Assembly (NCBI GenBank): GCA_965226885.1
Contig: CBDDEL010000012.1
Coordinates: forward strand, 352,001-416,000
Length of the DNA: 64,000 bases
Origin: Opitutales bacterium
GTDB taxonomy: Bacteria; Verrucomicrobiota; Verrucomicrobiia; Opitutales; UBA2987
Reading direction: 5' to 3'
Below the pieces are notes generated by a model. The model was not told the DNA's origin. It saw nothing but the letters and a program-made list of their open reading frames with translations, and ran no database searches. Position 1 is the stretch's first letter; the number at the start of each line of letters is the position of its first letter. This document shows positions 10,813 through 21,246 of this stretch, piece after piece. The translations under genes and the position numbers were made by a program.

Positions 10813-12465
10813 TCACTCATCCAGATCAAAATAAATATACTTGTAAGGCCGGTTATCGAGTAATTTTGGATTCCAGTTTTTTACTATTGGGTCGAGCAAA
10901 TAGGTTCTGGTGTACCAATAAATCGGCACGATGGGAACCTCTGTGAGTAGAAGTTCCTCGGCTGATTCCAAGGCTTCAAAATGTACTTGCGGGCTCTTAG
11001 CTTGTTTGGCCTTGCTGATGAGTCGGTCGTATTGGGAGTTGGACCAGCCGGTGTCGTTGTTGCCGTTGCCGGTCGTGTACATGTCCAGAAATGTAATGGG
11101 GTCGGTAAAATCGGCAATCCAGCCCGAACGTGAAATATCGTATTGCAGACTAGACTGGGCATCGAGGTAAACCTTCCATTCCTGATTGGATATCGTGATG
11201 GGTATATTCAGGTTTTTACGCCACATTTCCTGGATGGCTTGGGCAATTTTTCGATGGTTTTCCTCCGTATTGATGAGTATGTCCGTGGGGGGGAATCCCT
11301 CCCCGTTGGGAAACCCGGCCTCGGCCAAAAGGCGGCGGGCTTTTTCCACATCGTAACTCAATTTTTGGGGAGTTGAATAACCCGACATGCCGTCGGGCGT
11401 GTAGCCGTAAGCGGGGCGCTGCCCTCCTTGGGTCACCTGTTCGACGATGAGCAGGCGGTCAAGGGAGAGGTTGAGGGCCATACGCACGCGAACATCATCC
11501 ATGGGAGGGCGGGTGACATTAAGACGGTAGAAATAGACGCCATGGTAAGGATCGAGATGGATGATTTCCGGATTGTTTTTCAAATGATAAGGAATCTTAT
11601 CTTGAGGTATGGTATTTGTGTTGTGGGCCTGCCCGGCCAAAAACGCCGTCTCCTCGGTGCTGGGATTTTCGATGGGAAAAAAACGGATCTCGTTGAGTTT
11701 CATCATATCGCGGTCCCAGTAAGTCGGGCTTTTGGTCACACGCACAATCTGGTTGGTTTTCCATTCGGCGAGGATGAAGGGTCCGTTGCCGACAAAATTT
11801 TCCGGTCGCGACCAGAGGGAAACGCGATCATCGATTTTGCCGAATTTTTCAATGGTTCCCGGATGCACCGGAAACCATGAATAATGCTTGAGCATGGAGA
11901 GGTAATAAGGGGTCGGCCCAACCAAAGTCACTCGCAGGGTTTTGTCATCAATCGCTTTTACCCCCACCTGCTCAAAATCGGTTGTATCCCCACGATTATA
12001 GGCTTCACCCCCTTCTAGGATGTAAAGCATGTCGGCGTATTCAGCGCCAAGGTTGGGGGAGAGCATTCGTTTAAAGGAATAGACGAAATCCTGCGCCCGG
12101 ACCGGATCGCCGTTGGACCAGAGGGCGTCCTGACGTAGAAAAAAGGTCCAAACCTTGTAGTTTTCAGACGGTTCCCAGCTCTCGGCCACGCCCGGTGCGG
12201 GAATGGAGTCATCATCCACATGGTAGGCGATCAAACCTTCGATGAGGGCCGAGATGATGTGGTTCTCAGGAACGCCGGTAACGATGTGGGGATCCAGTCC
12301 CTTGGGTTCCGTGCCGTTATTGAAAAGAAGGATGCCTTGGCGGGCGGCAACCACCGACTGTCTTTCTTTTTTTCCGCATCCGGAATTTAATAAAACCAGC
12401 CATGCAGCCAATCCAATAAGAGCCCACACTTTGAAGATTTTTTTAGTTTTAGCGATTTTCATCAT
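10813..12465 (-). CDS. oppA: Oligopeptide ABC transporter substrate-binding lipoprotein
   Basis: Lipobox (LNSGC); EPKGLDP, EGL, WSNGDPV, VGNGPF motifs; start taken as MMKIAK. Confidence 0.9.
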   Translation of the reverse strand: MMKIAKTKKIFKVWALIGLAAWLVLLNSGCGKKERQSVVAARQGILLFNNGTEPKGLDPHIVTGVPENHIISALIEGLIAYHVDDDSIPAPGVAESWEPSENYKVWTFFLRQDALWSNGDPVRAQDFVYSFKRMLSPNLGAEYADMLYILEGGEAYNRGDTTDFEQVGVKAIDDKTLRVTLVGPTPYYLSMLKHYSWFPVHPGTIEKFGKIDDRVSLWSRPENFVGNGPFILAEWKTNQIVRVTKSPTYWDRDMMKLNEIRFFPIENPSTEETAFLAGQAHNTNTIPQDKIPYHLKNNPEIIHLDPYHGVYFYRLNVTRPPMDDVRVRMALNLSLDRLLIVEQVTQGGQRPAYGYTPDGMSGYSTPQKLSYDVEKARRLLAEAGFPNGEGFPPTDILINTEENHRKIAQAIQEMWRKNLNIPITISNQEWKVYLDAQSSLQYDISRSGWIADFTDPITFLDMYTTGNGNNDTGWSNSQYDRLISKAKQAKSPQVHFEALESAEELLLTEVPIVPIYWYTRTYLLDPIVKNWNPKLLDNRPYKYIYFDLDE

Positions 12466-12515
12466 GTATTCGAATACTATTGGTGGATTGGCTCGGGGGA
12501 CGCCTGGATGCAAGT

Positions 12516-14618
12516 TTACTCGATACCGAGCTTTTTCAAAAACGGTTTCATGGATTGTTGGCGGCCTAAAAAGGTTTCGATGGATTCGCGCACATCGCGG
12601 GAATCGCCGGTGGCGTATATCTCGTTGCGTAATCTCCGGCCTACTTTGGGGTCGAGGTATCCGCCGGGTGCGTTTTCGAAAACGCTGGCCATGTCTGCGG
12701 CAATGACATCGGCCCAGGCATAACCATAATAACCGGCATCGTAGCCCGTGAGATGCCCAAAATAAGCGACGAAGGCGGAGTTTTCGGGCGCGGGCAAAAA
12801 TGCACTCTCAAAAAATTGGTTGGACACTTTGAGTAGGTCGAACTCTTCCTCGGCCTCTTTGGGTCCGTGCAGGGACATATCCATGGTGGCAAAAAGAAGC
12901 TGGCGGCTGTAGGTCGTGGCCACGGTGGCTTTTTTGGCCTCGATTATTCTGGTGATGGTTTCGGCCGGAATTTTTTTCGAAGGATCGCGATAATCGGCGG
13001 CAAAGCGGTCGAGCACTTCCTTGCTTTGCAGCCAGTATTCAAGCATTTGCGAAGGGGCTTCGACAAAATCACGGGGGACGCTTGTGCCGGAGAAGCGGTA
13101 ATAATTCGCCTGCGTCAACACGGAGTGAAGGACATGGCCGAATTCGTGAAACAGAGTTTCCACATCGTCAGGGGAAAGCAGCGATGGTTTATCCTGTCCC
13201 GGGGTGGGAAAATTGCAGATAAGGGCTACAGTGGGCCTCTGCTTTTGGCCATTGGGCAGGCGCCTGGCATCGATGATGGAAAACTGGGCGAAATGGTTGT
13301 ATTTACCGGGCCGGGGAAACATATCGAGGTAAAACAGGCCCAAAGGTTCCCCTGTTTCCGAGTCGGAAACAACATGCAGGGTGACATCTTTGTGCCAACG
13401 ATAAGGATTGACGATTTCCTCGATTTCAAGGCCGAAGGTTTCCTCATAAATCCCGAACATGCCCTCAAGGGTCGCCTCGTAGGGGAAAAAGACTTTCAAG
13501 GCTTCGGCATCCACCTGGTATTTCTCCTTCATATACTGGTTGCGGTAGTAGCGCCAGTCCCAGATTTTTATTTCCGCTTTCGCATGGCCGGTGTCTTTGG
13601 CCTTGAGGGCCTGGAAGGCCGCTATCTCGGCCTTGAATTTAGGTTTCAGCCCGGAATTGAGGTTTTCCAGAAAGGACAGGACATTGGCCGTATTGCCGGC
13701 CATCCTGGTTTCCGTCCGGTAATCGCCCCAGGATGCATAGCCCAGTTTGGAGGCAATATGGCCGCGTGTTTTTAAAATCTCTGAAAGCAGTTGGATGTTC
13801 TTTTCCCGGGCCAGAGAGTAGCGGGCGATCTTCATCCTCTTTCTCGTATCCTCTTTGCGCGCATTGCGCATAACGGTTAAAAAATGCCAGGTAATGTTGG
13901 CCATGAGGGTGTATTCATCCTCGCCAGTTTTAATTCCCTCCTGGTTGAGGAAAGATTCGGGCACACCGGCAAGTTCCTTCGCCGTAAAAGTGAGCGGCCT
14001 GGAGGCGTCGGCGATGTTGGTGTCGAAATCGTTGGAGAGTTCCGACAACCGTTTTTTCAAAAGCTCTATTTCTCCTTTCGCCTCCTTGGAAAGATCGAAT
14101 CCATTCCTCTTGTAGTCCAATAGGGTCTCTATGAACAGTTTCGCTTTTTCACCCTCCAGCGACGGCCCGATATCGGCATAACTTTTGATGGCCTCGTAAA
14201 TATCTTCCCGGTAATTCAGGGATACCTCCCATTGGTCGTATTTTTTCAGGGCCTCGGCGGCGGCCTCCCGGATGGCCGGATCGGGCGAGGCATTTTTCAG
14301 AATAGAGATCATACCGATGTCCGATCCGATCCGAAAAAATAGGTCGTCAAGAGCGCCGACCGTGTTTTCAAAGGAAACCTCGTCTTTTTTGAATCTGGCG
14401 ATGGCGTCCCCTCTCATGTCGCCCACAGCCAGATAGTGCAGGAGGGATTTTTTGATTTCCTCTGGGGTTTTGGCAAATACCGGCGCTTTTATGGTCGAAT
14501 GATATTGCTGAGCTTTTTTTTGATAATGCTCCAGGGTATTTAAGCCGGCATGAGTTTTGATCGAGGGCAGGAGCAAGCCTGCCGCGAGGGTAGTAAATAG
14601 AAGGTGAGCAATGTTCAT
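12516..14618 (-). CDS. M3 family metallopeptidase (thimet oligopeptidase-like), exported
   Basis: TLFHEFGH, DFVEAPSQMLE, GYDAGYYGYAW; signal peptide. Confidence 0.92.
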   Translation of the reverse strand: MNIAHLLFTTLAAGLLLPSIKTHAGLNTLEHYQKKAQQYHSTIKAPVFAKTPEEIKKSLLHYLAVGDMRGDAIARFKKDEVSFENTVGALDDLFFRIGSDIGMISILKNASPDPAIREAAAEALKKYDQWEVSLNYREDIYEAIKSYADIGPSLEGEKAKLFIETLLDYKRNGFDLSKEAKGEIELLKKRLSELSNDFDTNIADASRPLTFTAKELAGVPESFLNQEGIKTGEDEYTLMANITWHFLTVMRNARKEDTRKRMKIARYSLAREKNIQLLSEILKTRGHIASKLGYASWGDYRTETRMAGNTANVLSFLENLNSGLKPKFKAEIAAFQALKAKDTGHAKAEIKIWDWRYYRNQYMKEKYQVDAEALKVFFPYEATLEGMFGIYEETFGLEIEEIVNPYRWHKDVTLHVVSDSETGEPLGLFYLDMFPRPGKYNHFAQFSIIDARRLPNGQKQRPTVALICNFPTPGQDKPSLLSPDDVETLFHEFGHVLHSVLTQANYYRFSGTSVPRDFVEAPSQMLEYWLQSKEVLDRFAADYRDPSKKIPAETITRIIEAKKATVATTYSRQLLFATMDMSLHGPKEAEEEFDLLKVSNQFFESAFLPAPENSAFVAYFGHLTGYDAGYYGYAWADVIAADMASVFENAPGGYLDPKVGRRLRNEIYATGDSRDVRESIETFLGRQQSMKPFLKKLGIE

Positions 14619-14898
14619 ATAGACTGTTTGGGATATATTGGTGCCAGGGAAAGTTCCTCTTTATTTCGGTCTCTGGCATTAGGCCGTATTAAATCTACGA
14701 TGGCAACGGCAAAAGAAAGCAGCCACGCCCATTCGAGAGGCGGAAAAGATTCCCTATTTAATTGAATCCATTTACAGGTAATCGGTTGTCATAAGAACAA
14801 AATGAACATAATCAATAAGGGTAAATGGTTCTGCACAAAAGAGTCGTGTATTCTCATTTCATCCATGAACCTGCTAATTTCAAAAAGATAGGTATGCC

Positions 14899-15630
14899 AT
14901 GAAATCCATGAAAAGTTTCTCGCCAGTCATAACCGGATCGTTGATCGCAATTTCGGTTTTATTTTTAACGGGCTGTGATCTTTCGTTCGGCGGGGTCAAA
15001 GGCGAGGGTGAAATAAGAGAGGAAGTGCGGTCGCTGCCGTCCTTCGACAGTATCGATTTCAGCGGGAAGGGACAGATCGCGCTCATCACTGGGGACAAGT
15101 ATGGAATCCGGGTGGAAACTTACGAAAACCTTCTACCTTTGCTCATAACCGAGGTGAAAAACAACCGATTGAAAGTAAAATTTGAGAAATCTGTGCGTAG
15201 CGATAAACCGATTCGCTTTTATATAACGGCGCCGGAATACAGAGAACTTTCTTTCAGCGGCGGAGTTTCCGTTAAATCGGCGGGGCCTTTGGTGTCGAAA
15301 AAGATCGAGCTGGATTTTTCGGGGGCCAGCGAAGGGATACTGGAAATCCAATCCGATATTTTGGAGACCTCTATTTCCGGGGCTGGTGAGATGACCTTTT
15401 CCGGCGTTGCCGAAAACCACAAAATTGTGGTCAGCGGGGCGGCGGAAATCAAAGCCTTCGATTTGCGGACAAAAAAGACGCAAATGACCATCAGTGGGGC
15501 GGGCGACGCCGAAATTCATGCCGAAGAGGAACTTATAGTGAAAATTTCAGGCGCGGGAGATGTGGTCTATAAAGGTGACCCCGTGGTCGAGAAAAAAATC
15601 AGCGGCGCCGGTAGTATAAAAAAATATTAG
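14899..15630 (+). CDS. DUF2807/GIN-domain beta-helix lipoprotein
   Basis: LTGC lipobox; repeated SGAG motifs; V.YKGDP. Confidence 0.85.
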   Translation: MKSMKSFSPVITGSLIAISVLFLTGCDLSFGGVKGEGEIREEVRSLPSFDSIDFSGKGQIALITGDKYGIRVETYENLLPLLITEVKNNRLKVKFEKSVRSDKPIRFYITAPEYRELSFSGGVSVKSAGPLVSKKIELDFSGASEGILEIQSDILETSISGAGEMTFSGVAENHKIVVSGAAEIKAFDLRTKKTQMTISGAGDAEIHAEEELIVKISGAGDVVYKGDPVVEKKISGAGSIKKY

Positions 15631-15784
15631 ATACGCGGCCCCAGCCGGACAAAGCGTTTTCGTGTTGATTGCCGGATGGCTCTACGGCATAGTTTTTCCT
15701 GTTATGCCGGACCCAAGTTCCATTCGTCCAGCTGATTTAAGAAACCCTCACCCACTGCCACTGCATCCATTGGATAACTCAACT

Positions 15785-18604
15785 ATGAAAACGATGATCA
15801 ACGCCTTCCAATCGAAAATAATCTCGACACTCATTGGCCTCGCCCTATTGCCGATGGCTCTTGCGGCCGGGGAAACTGCGAATTTCGATGGCTTCAAAAA
15901 TATCCGGGAAATGGGCGGCATCGAAGAATACCTTCTGGAGGAAAACGGCTTGACGGTTCTTCTGATGGAAGATCATTCGGCCCCGGTGGCAACTTTTATG
16001 GTCACCTACCTGGTGGGCTCGCGAAATGAAGTTACCGGCACAACCGGCGCAACACACATATTGGAGCATTTGATGTTCAAAGGGACGAAAAAATTCAACA
16101 AGGACGACCAAACCGACCCGACGAGGCTACTGCAAAACGTGGGCGCGCTCATCAATGCCACCACATGGTACGACCGGACGAATTATTATGCCAATCTGCC
16201 TATCGATCATTTGGAAATGACGATTGAGATTGAGGCCGACCGGATGCGTAATTTGCTCCTTCATGACGAGGATCGGCAGTCCGAAATGACGGTCGTGCGC
16301 AACGAATTCGAGCGGGGAGAAAACGATCCCGTACGCAGCCTGTTAAAGGAGATTTACCAGGCTGCTTTCGTCGCTCATCCCTACCACCATTCCACCATCG
16401 GTTGGCGGTCGGATATCGAGAAGGTTGCCATCGAAAAATTGCGTCAATTTTACGACACTTTTTATTGGCCCAACAATGCGATCGTTTCGGTGATTGGAGA
16501 TTTTCAGAAAAAGGAGGTTTTGGAAACGATCATGCAATACTATGGCACGATACCATCTTCTCCCCTCCCAATCCCGGAAATGTATACGGAGGAGCCCGAA
16601 CAAAGAGGTCCCCGGCGGGTTACCCTGAAGCGCAACGGACAGCTGGGCGTGGTCAGCATTGCCCACAAGATTCCGAAGGGCCTGCATGAAGATACTTTTG
16701 CCCTCAGCGTGTTGGAGAGAATACTCTCTTCGGGCAAAAACAGCCGTTTTTACAAACTCCTCATGGATAAGGGATTGGCGGTTAATGTTTTCCTCTGGAA
16801 CTTTCCCTTTCACGATCCCGGTCTGTTCGCGCCATTTATTTTTATGACGCCGGGAACCTCTCACGAATCGGTGGAAAATATTATTCTGGAGGAGTATGAA
16901 AATATCAAAACCAACGGCGTCGGGCAGGAGGAAGTGGATCGGGCCATCAGCCAGATACAGGCTGATACCGCCTATGCCCGGGATGGCTCCTTTTCCATCG
17001 CCAGCGTTCTCAATGAAACCATTGCGATGGGTGATTGGACCTTTTATTTTCGTTATTCCGAGAAAGTGGCCAAAGTCACCCCGGCAGACGTCCGGAGGGT
17101 GGCTGAAACTTATTTGGTAGAAGATCATAGCACAACCGGTTATTTCATCCCCGAGATTCCGGGCGGCGGATCCCAGGGCGATGCCAGGCCTCAACAATTT
17201 TCACCGGGAAACAGCGTCCTCTATTACCGCAATGCGGGCATCTCCACGGGAACTGCATTAGCCGCCGCAGCTGTGAAAACCCGAGAAGCAAAAACGGGCG
17301 CGGCTTCGGCTTCTACTGCAAATACGCCGTCCTATTCCACCGGTATCGTGCAAAACCGCATTCATGGAATCGATGTCATCTCGATGAAAACGGAGGTTCA
17401 GGATGTTGTCACCATTGTTGGAAGTCTCCCGGCGGGCGATGTTTTCAGTCCGCAGCGCAATTCAGCCATCGCCGATCTAACCGGTAACATGCTGGACAAA
17501 GGAACGATGCAAACGGGCAAATTCGAGTTGGCGGAAAAACTGGAAAGAGTCGGGGCTTCCCTAAATTTCTCAGTCGGCCCGCACCGGCTGAGCATTAGCG
17601 GCAAGTGCCTGAAAAAAGATTTGCCACTGCTGGCGAACCTGTTGGCCGAACAGTTGCGGGAGCCGGCTTTTGATGCGGAAGAGTTGGAAAAACTTAAAAA
17701 ACTTCGCACCGGAGAACTGAAACAGCTTCTGGAGGACCCCAACCACCAGGCTTCCGATGCCCTCGCACGGCTTGTTTTTCCACAAGGCCACCCCAATCAT
17801 CACCCATCCGTGGAAGAGGTAATCAAGGACCTGGAATCCGTCACGGTGGAGGATTTACGAGCATTCCACCAATCGGTTTACGGTCCCAAATCAATGATTC
17901 TGGTGGCGGTGGGCGACTTGCAGACCGACGTCCTGCATGCCACCATAAAAAGCGCTTTTAAAAAATGGTCTGGAGGCATAAAAATTCCCTCTTACGAACG
18001 AGCTGGAAAACACAACCGAGGGCATGAGGAGACGGTTCACATGGTGGACAAACCGAGCGTGAGCGTGCGCCTGGCCATGGCCTCCGATTTACAAAAAAAC
18101 GATCCCGATTACCTCGACCTGATGATGGGGACCTATATCCTGGGAGGAAACTTCTCCGCCCGGCTCATGCAAACGGTTCGCGATGAGGAGGGCCTCACCT
18201 ATGGCATAAGTTCACGCTTGAGCAACGACCTCTACAGCGACGGTCTCTGGCGGATCAGTGCCACTTTCGCTCCACAACTGCTGGAGAAAGGCCTAGCCTC
18301 GACCCATAAGCAATTGAACCTCTGGTATGAGGAAGGAGTTACGGAAGAGGAATTGAAAGCCAAAAAGACCACATTAATCGGCTCTTACAAGGTGCGGCTG
18401 GCCAATACCGGCGGCATGGCCGGGAGAATCCACTCGTTCGCCCAAATGGGACGCCCCGTGAGTTACCTGGACCAATACCCCAAAGACCTCGAAGCGCTTC
18501 AGCTCAAATTCGTCAATGCCGCCATAAAGCGCTATTTGAACCCCAAAGACATGATCACCGTAATGGCCGGAAGCGTGGAGCCGGTTGAGGCGCTGAACGA
18601 ATAA
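15785..18604 (+). CDS. M16 zinc protease (pitrilysin/PqqL-like), exported
   Basis: HILEH inverted zinc motif, NATT..DRT, VRDEEGLTY; signal peptide after MKTMI. Confidence 0.92.
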   Translation: MKTMINAFQSKIISTLIGLALLPMALAAGETANFDGFKNIREMGGIEEYLLEENGLTVLLMEDHSAPVATFMVTYLVGSRNEVTGTTGATHILEHLMFKGTKKFNKDDQTDPTRLLQNVGALINATTWYDRTNYYANLPIDHLEMTIEIEADRMRNLLLHDEDRQSEMTVVRNEFERGENDPVRSLLKEIYQAAFVAHPYHHSTIGWRSDIEKVAIEKLRQFYDTFYWPNNAIVSVIGDFQKKEVLETIMQYYGTIPSSPLPIPEMYTEEPEQRGPRRVTLKRNGQLGVVSIAHKIPKGLHEDTFALSVLERILSSGKNSRFYKLLMDKGLAVNVFLWNFPFHDPGLFAPFIFMTPGTSHESVENIILEEYENIKTNGVGQEEVDRAISQIQADTAYARDGSFSIASVLNETIAMGDWTFYFRYSEKVAKVTPADVRRVAETYLVEDHSTTGYFIPEIPGGGSQGDARPQQFSPGNSVLYYRNAGISTGTALAAAAVKTREAKTGAASASTANTPSYSTGIVQNRIHGIDVISMKTEVQDVVTIVGSLPAGDVFSPQRNSAIADLTGNMLDKGTMQTGKFELAEKLERVGASLNFSVGPHRLSISGKCLKKDLPLLANLLAEQLREPAFDAEELEKLKKLRTGELKQLLEDPNHQASDALARLVFPQGHPNHHPSVEEVIKDLESVTVEDLRAFHQSVYGPKSMILVAVGDLQTDVLHATIKSAFKKWSGGIKIPSYERAGKHNRGHEETVHMVDKPSVSVRLAMASDLQKNDPDYLDLMMGTYILGGNFSARLMQTVRDEEGLTYGISSRLSNDLYSDGLWRISATFAPQLLEKGLASTHKQLNLWYEEGVTEEELKAKKTTLIGSYKVRLANTGGMAGRIHSFAQMGRPVSYLDQYPKDLEALQLKFVNAAIKRYLNPKDMITVMAGSVEPVEALNE

Positions 18605-18668
18605 TATGGAGCGCACAAAATTTTTGGCCGCCCGAAAGCCCGAATACTGGACTGGAGGGAGAGGTTGA

Positions 18669-18763
18669 GAAAAATTGCACCGAAGGATCCGACGGTCACT
18701 TATGAACAATGGCGTATTGTCTATAGGCGCTAGGACACCATCAACCGCCGGATCCCTCAGTGC
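18669..18763 (-). ncRNA. Candidate structured RNA: long hairpin followed by U-tract
   Basis: 18744-18763 and 18677-18696 form a continuous 20-bp stem with 3 G-U pairs on the minus strand. Confidence 0.4.
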
Positions 18764-18910
18764 CAATATAACTACCGGATCGGTTAATTTTACTTAACAT
18801 GGCGATTATATTGCTGAGTCTGTTTAACAGTGGGTTTATTTCTGTTGCAGATTGCATAAAACATAATTGGGGAAATTAAAAGAAAATTTATTAATTAAAT
18901 GGCATTTTTT

Positions 18911-18940
18911 TGAATCCCCAGCTCCATCGGGCGCATCAAA
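18911..18940 (+). promoter_or_regulatory. Putative ECF-type promoter of the DUF6249-sigma operon
   Basis: TGAATCC...CATCAAA just before the ATG at 18963; similar TGAATCC...GTCATA at 14763-14793. Confidence 0.35.
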
Positions 18941-18962
18941 ACAGGAAAAAACAAAGAAAAAC

Positions 18963-19613
18963 ATGTCTAAAATTCATTCCATCATTCTCTGTCTTTGCTT
19001 GATTATCGCTTTCTCGGCTCCGTACGGCGCACCTTCGGCCTCGGCCCAGGAAGAGGAAAGCGAGAAAAATATTGACGTTCAAACCAATGCCGATGCCATT
19101 GAGCCGGAACCGGTTTCGGAGGAAGACGAAGAGGATATTGTGGTTGTGGCCGGGGACGATTTTTTTGACGATTTCGATTCCCATTTTAGTGGAGGCGATG
19201 ACGACGATCATGGATTATCCATATCCCTTTCCGAGGGGAGCGGGATCAAGCTGTTGACGGCGATTGTCCTCTGCTCGATAATCTTTTTTTCACCCGCAAT
19301 ATTTCTTGGAGTGATTCTTTATTACTTTTACCGGCGCCGCAAACTGTCCCACGAGACCGCCTATTTGCTGGCCGAAAAAGGCCTGGAAATCCCACCGGCG
19401 CTTCTCAGGCCGCAAAAAAAGGATTTGCGCAATGGTATTCTGTTGATTACAGGTGGAATAGGAATTTCCAGCTTTTTCCTGGCCGTGGCCGATGGCATGT
19501 GGGGTCTGGGGCTATTCCCCTTATTCCTGGGTCTGGGCTATTTGATCGTCTGGAAACTGGGAAACAAGAACAAGACGGGTATCGCCAATGAAGCCGATAT
19601 CAGGAATTTATAG
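18963..19613 (+). CDS. DUF6249-like membrane protein
   Basis: EKGLEIPPALL...DLRNGILLI..GIG...GLFPLFLGLGYLI; first gene of ECF operon. Confidence 0.75.
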   Translation: MSKIHSIILCLCLIIAFSAPYGAPSASAQEEESEKNIDVQTNADAIEPEPVSEEDEEDIVVVAGDDFFDDFDSHFSGGDDDDHGLSISLSEGSGIKLLTAIVLCSIIFFSPAIFLGVILYYFYRRRKLSHETAYLLAEKGLEIPPALLRPQKKDLRNGILLITGGIGISSFFLAVADGMWGLGLFPLFLGLGYLIVWKLGNKNKTGIANEADIRNL

Positions 19614-19631
19614 ATTAGCAGTGGACCAGAA

Positions 19632-20174
19632 GTGCCCCTTACAGATGCAAATCTCATTGACCGGGTTCTGCATGATGACGACCGCAATGCTTTCAACGAG
19701 TTGGTCCGCCGTCACCAATCGGCCGTTCGCGGATTGCACCGCAGGCTTACCAACGGCAACGAGACCCTGTCTGACGATTTGGCTCAAATCACTTTTATTC
19801 GCGCCTACCGCTCTTTGGGCAAATTCCGGCGCAAGTCCAAATTCGGCACCTGGCTCTACAGGATCGCCTACAATGTTTTTCTCAGCGAAGTGCGACGCTC
19901 CCGGCCCCATTTGCAAATGGAACTGGATGAAGCCATCCACGAGGACGCGGAGCCATCGCATTCCGACAAAGTCAGCCTTAAACAAGATTTGGAGGACGCC
20001 ATGAAGCGATTGACAGAACCGGAGCGGACGGCACTATTTTTATGCTACAATGAAGGCCTTTCCCACGAAGAGGCGTCCGCGGCTTTGCATCTGCCGCTGG
20101 GCACAATAAAAACCCACATCCTGCGCGGAAAAGCGAAATTGCGTCAATACCTCAAAGACTGGGCTCCTTCCTGA
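19632..20174 (+). CDS. ECF RNA polymerase sigma factor
   Basis: DDLAQITFI.AY, TWLYRIAYN, GLSHEE...LPLGTIKTHI.RG. Confidence 0.93.
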   Translation: MPLTDANLIDRVLHDDDRNAFNELVRRHQSAVRGLHRRLTNGNETLSDDLAQITFIRAYRSLGKFRRKSKFGTWLYRIAYNVFLSEVRRSRPHLQMELDEAIHEDAEPSHSDKVSLKQDLEDAMKRLTEPERTALFLCYNEGLSHEEASAALHLPLGTIKTHILRGKAKLRQYLKDWAPS

Positions 20175-20204
20175 AAACCGAATCCGTTAAAAGTTTGAAA
20201 TGAA

Positions 20205-20558
20205 ATGAATCCCGAAGAAAAAAAAGATTGGATGGAGAGCTGCTTGCTCGATAACGCCAGTTACATTGCCGATGACGGGTTCTCGGCCAGGGTAATGCAG
20301 ACCTTGCCGCCATTGCAGCCGGCCAGGGTTAGGGATTGGAGGCGTTTTGCCGTATTTTCGGGAATGACCGCTCTGGCCTTCGTGGCGACCGTATTTCAGA
20401 TGCCCGATCCTCAGATTGTCCTGGCCCAAATAACAATGGCTTTCAACCTGCAATCCCTCGGTTCCCAGCTGCTCCCTTTCCTTATTTTTGGTGGCGCCGC
20501 CCTCGGAGCAACAGCCATCCTCGGGTCCGGCCTGGCAGCTTTTTTGCAGTCCGATTGA
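20205..20558 (+). CDS. Putative membrane anti-sigma factor (DUF5056-like)
   Basis: IADDGFSARVM..LP plus two TM segments, directly after the ECF sigma. Confidence 0.65.
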   Translation: MNPEEKKDWMESCLLDNASYIADDGFSARVMQTLPPLQPARVRDWRRFAVFSGMTALAFVATVFQMPDPQIVLAQITMAFNLQSLGSQLLPFLIFGGAALGATAILGSGLAAFLQSD

Positions 20559-20610
20559 TAATTTTCCAGCAGGGCGCCCCTGATTGGCGGCGAGGAGGGG
20601 AAATCCTCAA

Positions 20611-21139
20611 TCAATCTCCCATACGGCGGGTCGCATCTCTCAAGGTCAGGCTCGTATCGTTTTTCGGGTTCTCGGGGTCGAACTCCGATAGGTTGGCGGT
20701 GCTGGCCCCCAGCCTGGAACCCGTGACACTGCCGCCCATAGTTTGACGCTCCCAGGTCCAGTCCAACATGGCCATAAGCCTCTCCGGCTCCCGACCTCAC
20801 AATTTCACCTCCCAGGGCAACCTTCTCCTTCAACTGGCTAATAATCTGATCCGTAAGGTCGGTCCCGTTCTTATCGGTTAAGGCATAGATTTCGACCATT
20901 TTTGTCTCCAGGTCGGCAGTAAACCAAAACTTCTTTCCCCGGTGATTGGTGGCGATGCCAGTAACCTGATTTTCGTGCCACACCAAATTGTCGCTTAATG
21001 AAATTGGGTTATTGTCAGTTTCCTTGGAAAAACCGTGTTGCCATAGGACAACAGCGGGGTTGGTGGAGGCGCAACCCATAAAAAACAAGATTGGCGCGGC
21101 TAAAATAAGGAGCGTGAGTGGGGTAGTTATTTTATTCAT
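20611..21139 (-). pseudogene. Hypothetical lipoprotein, frameshifted paralog of 21247-21780
   Basis: FMGC lipobox; aligns with neighbour, but the LDWTW...LTLR C-terminus is in another frame after ~20800. Confidence 0.75.
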
Positions 21140-21246
21140 ATATTGGAGACGTGTGAATAGCAAAGATTCAGAAGATATTCCGGTTATTCTGGATACAACA
21201 TCCAGTTAACTACATAAAAATCCAGGTGTAAATAAATGAATTCTCG

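Noticed and set aside
14320..14334. TCCGA x3 in the M3 peptidase as a duplication lesion
   Set aside because: Frame intact and sequence plausible; may be chance
20411..20610. C-terminal extension of the 250-aa ORF overlapping the anti-sigma gene
   Set aside because: Result of a frameshift; the paralog shows the true end at 20611
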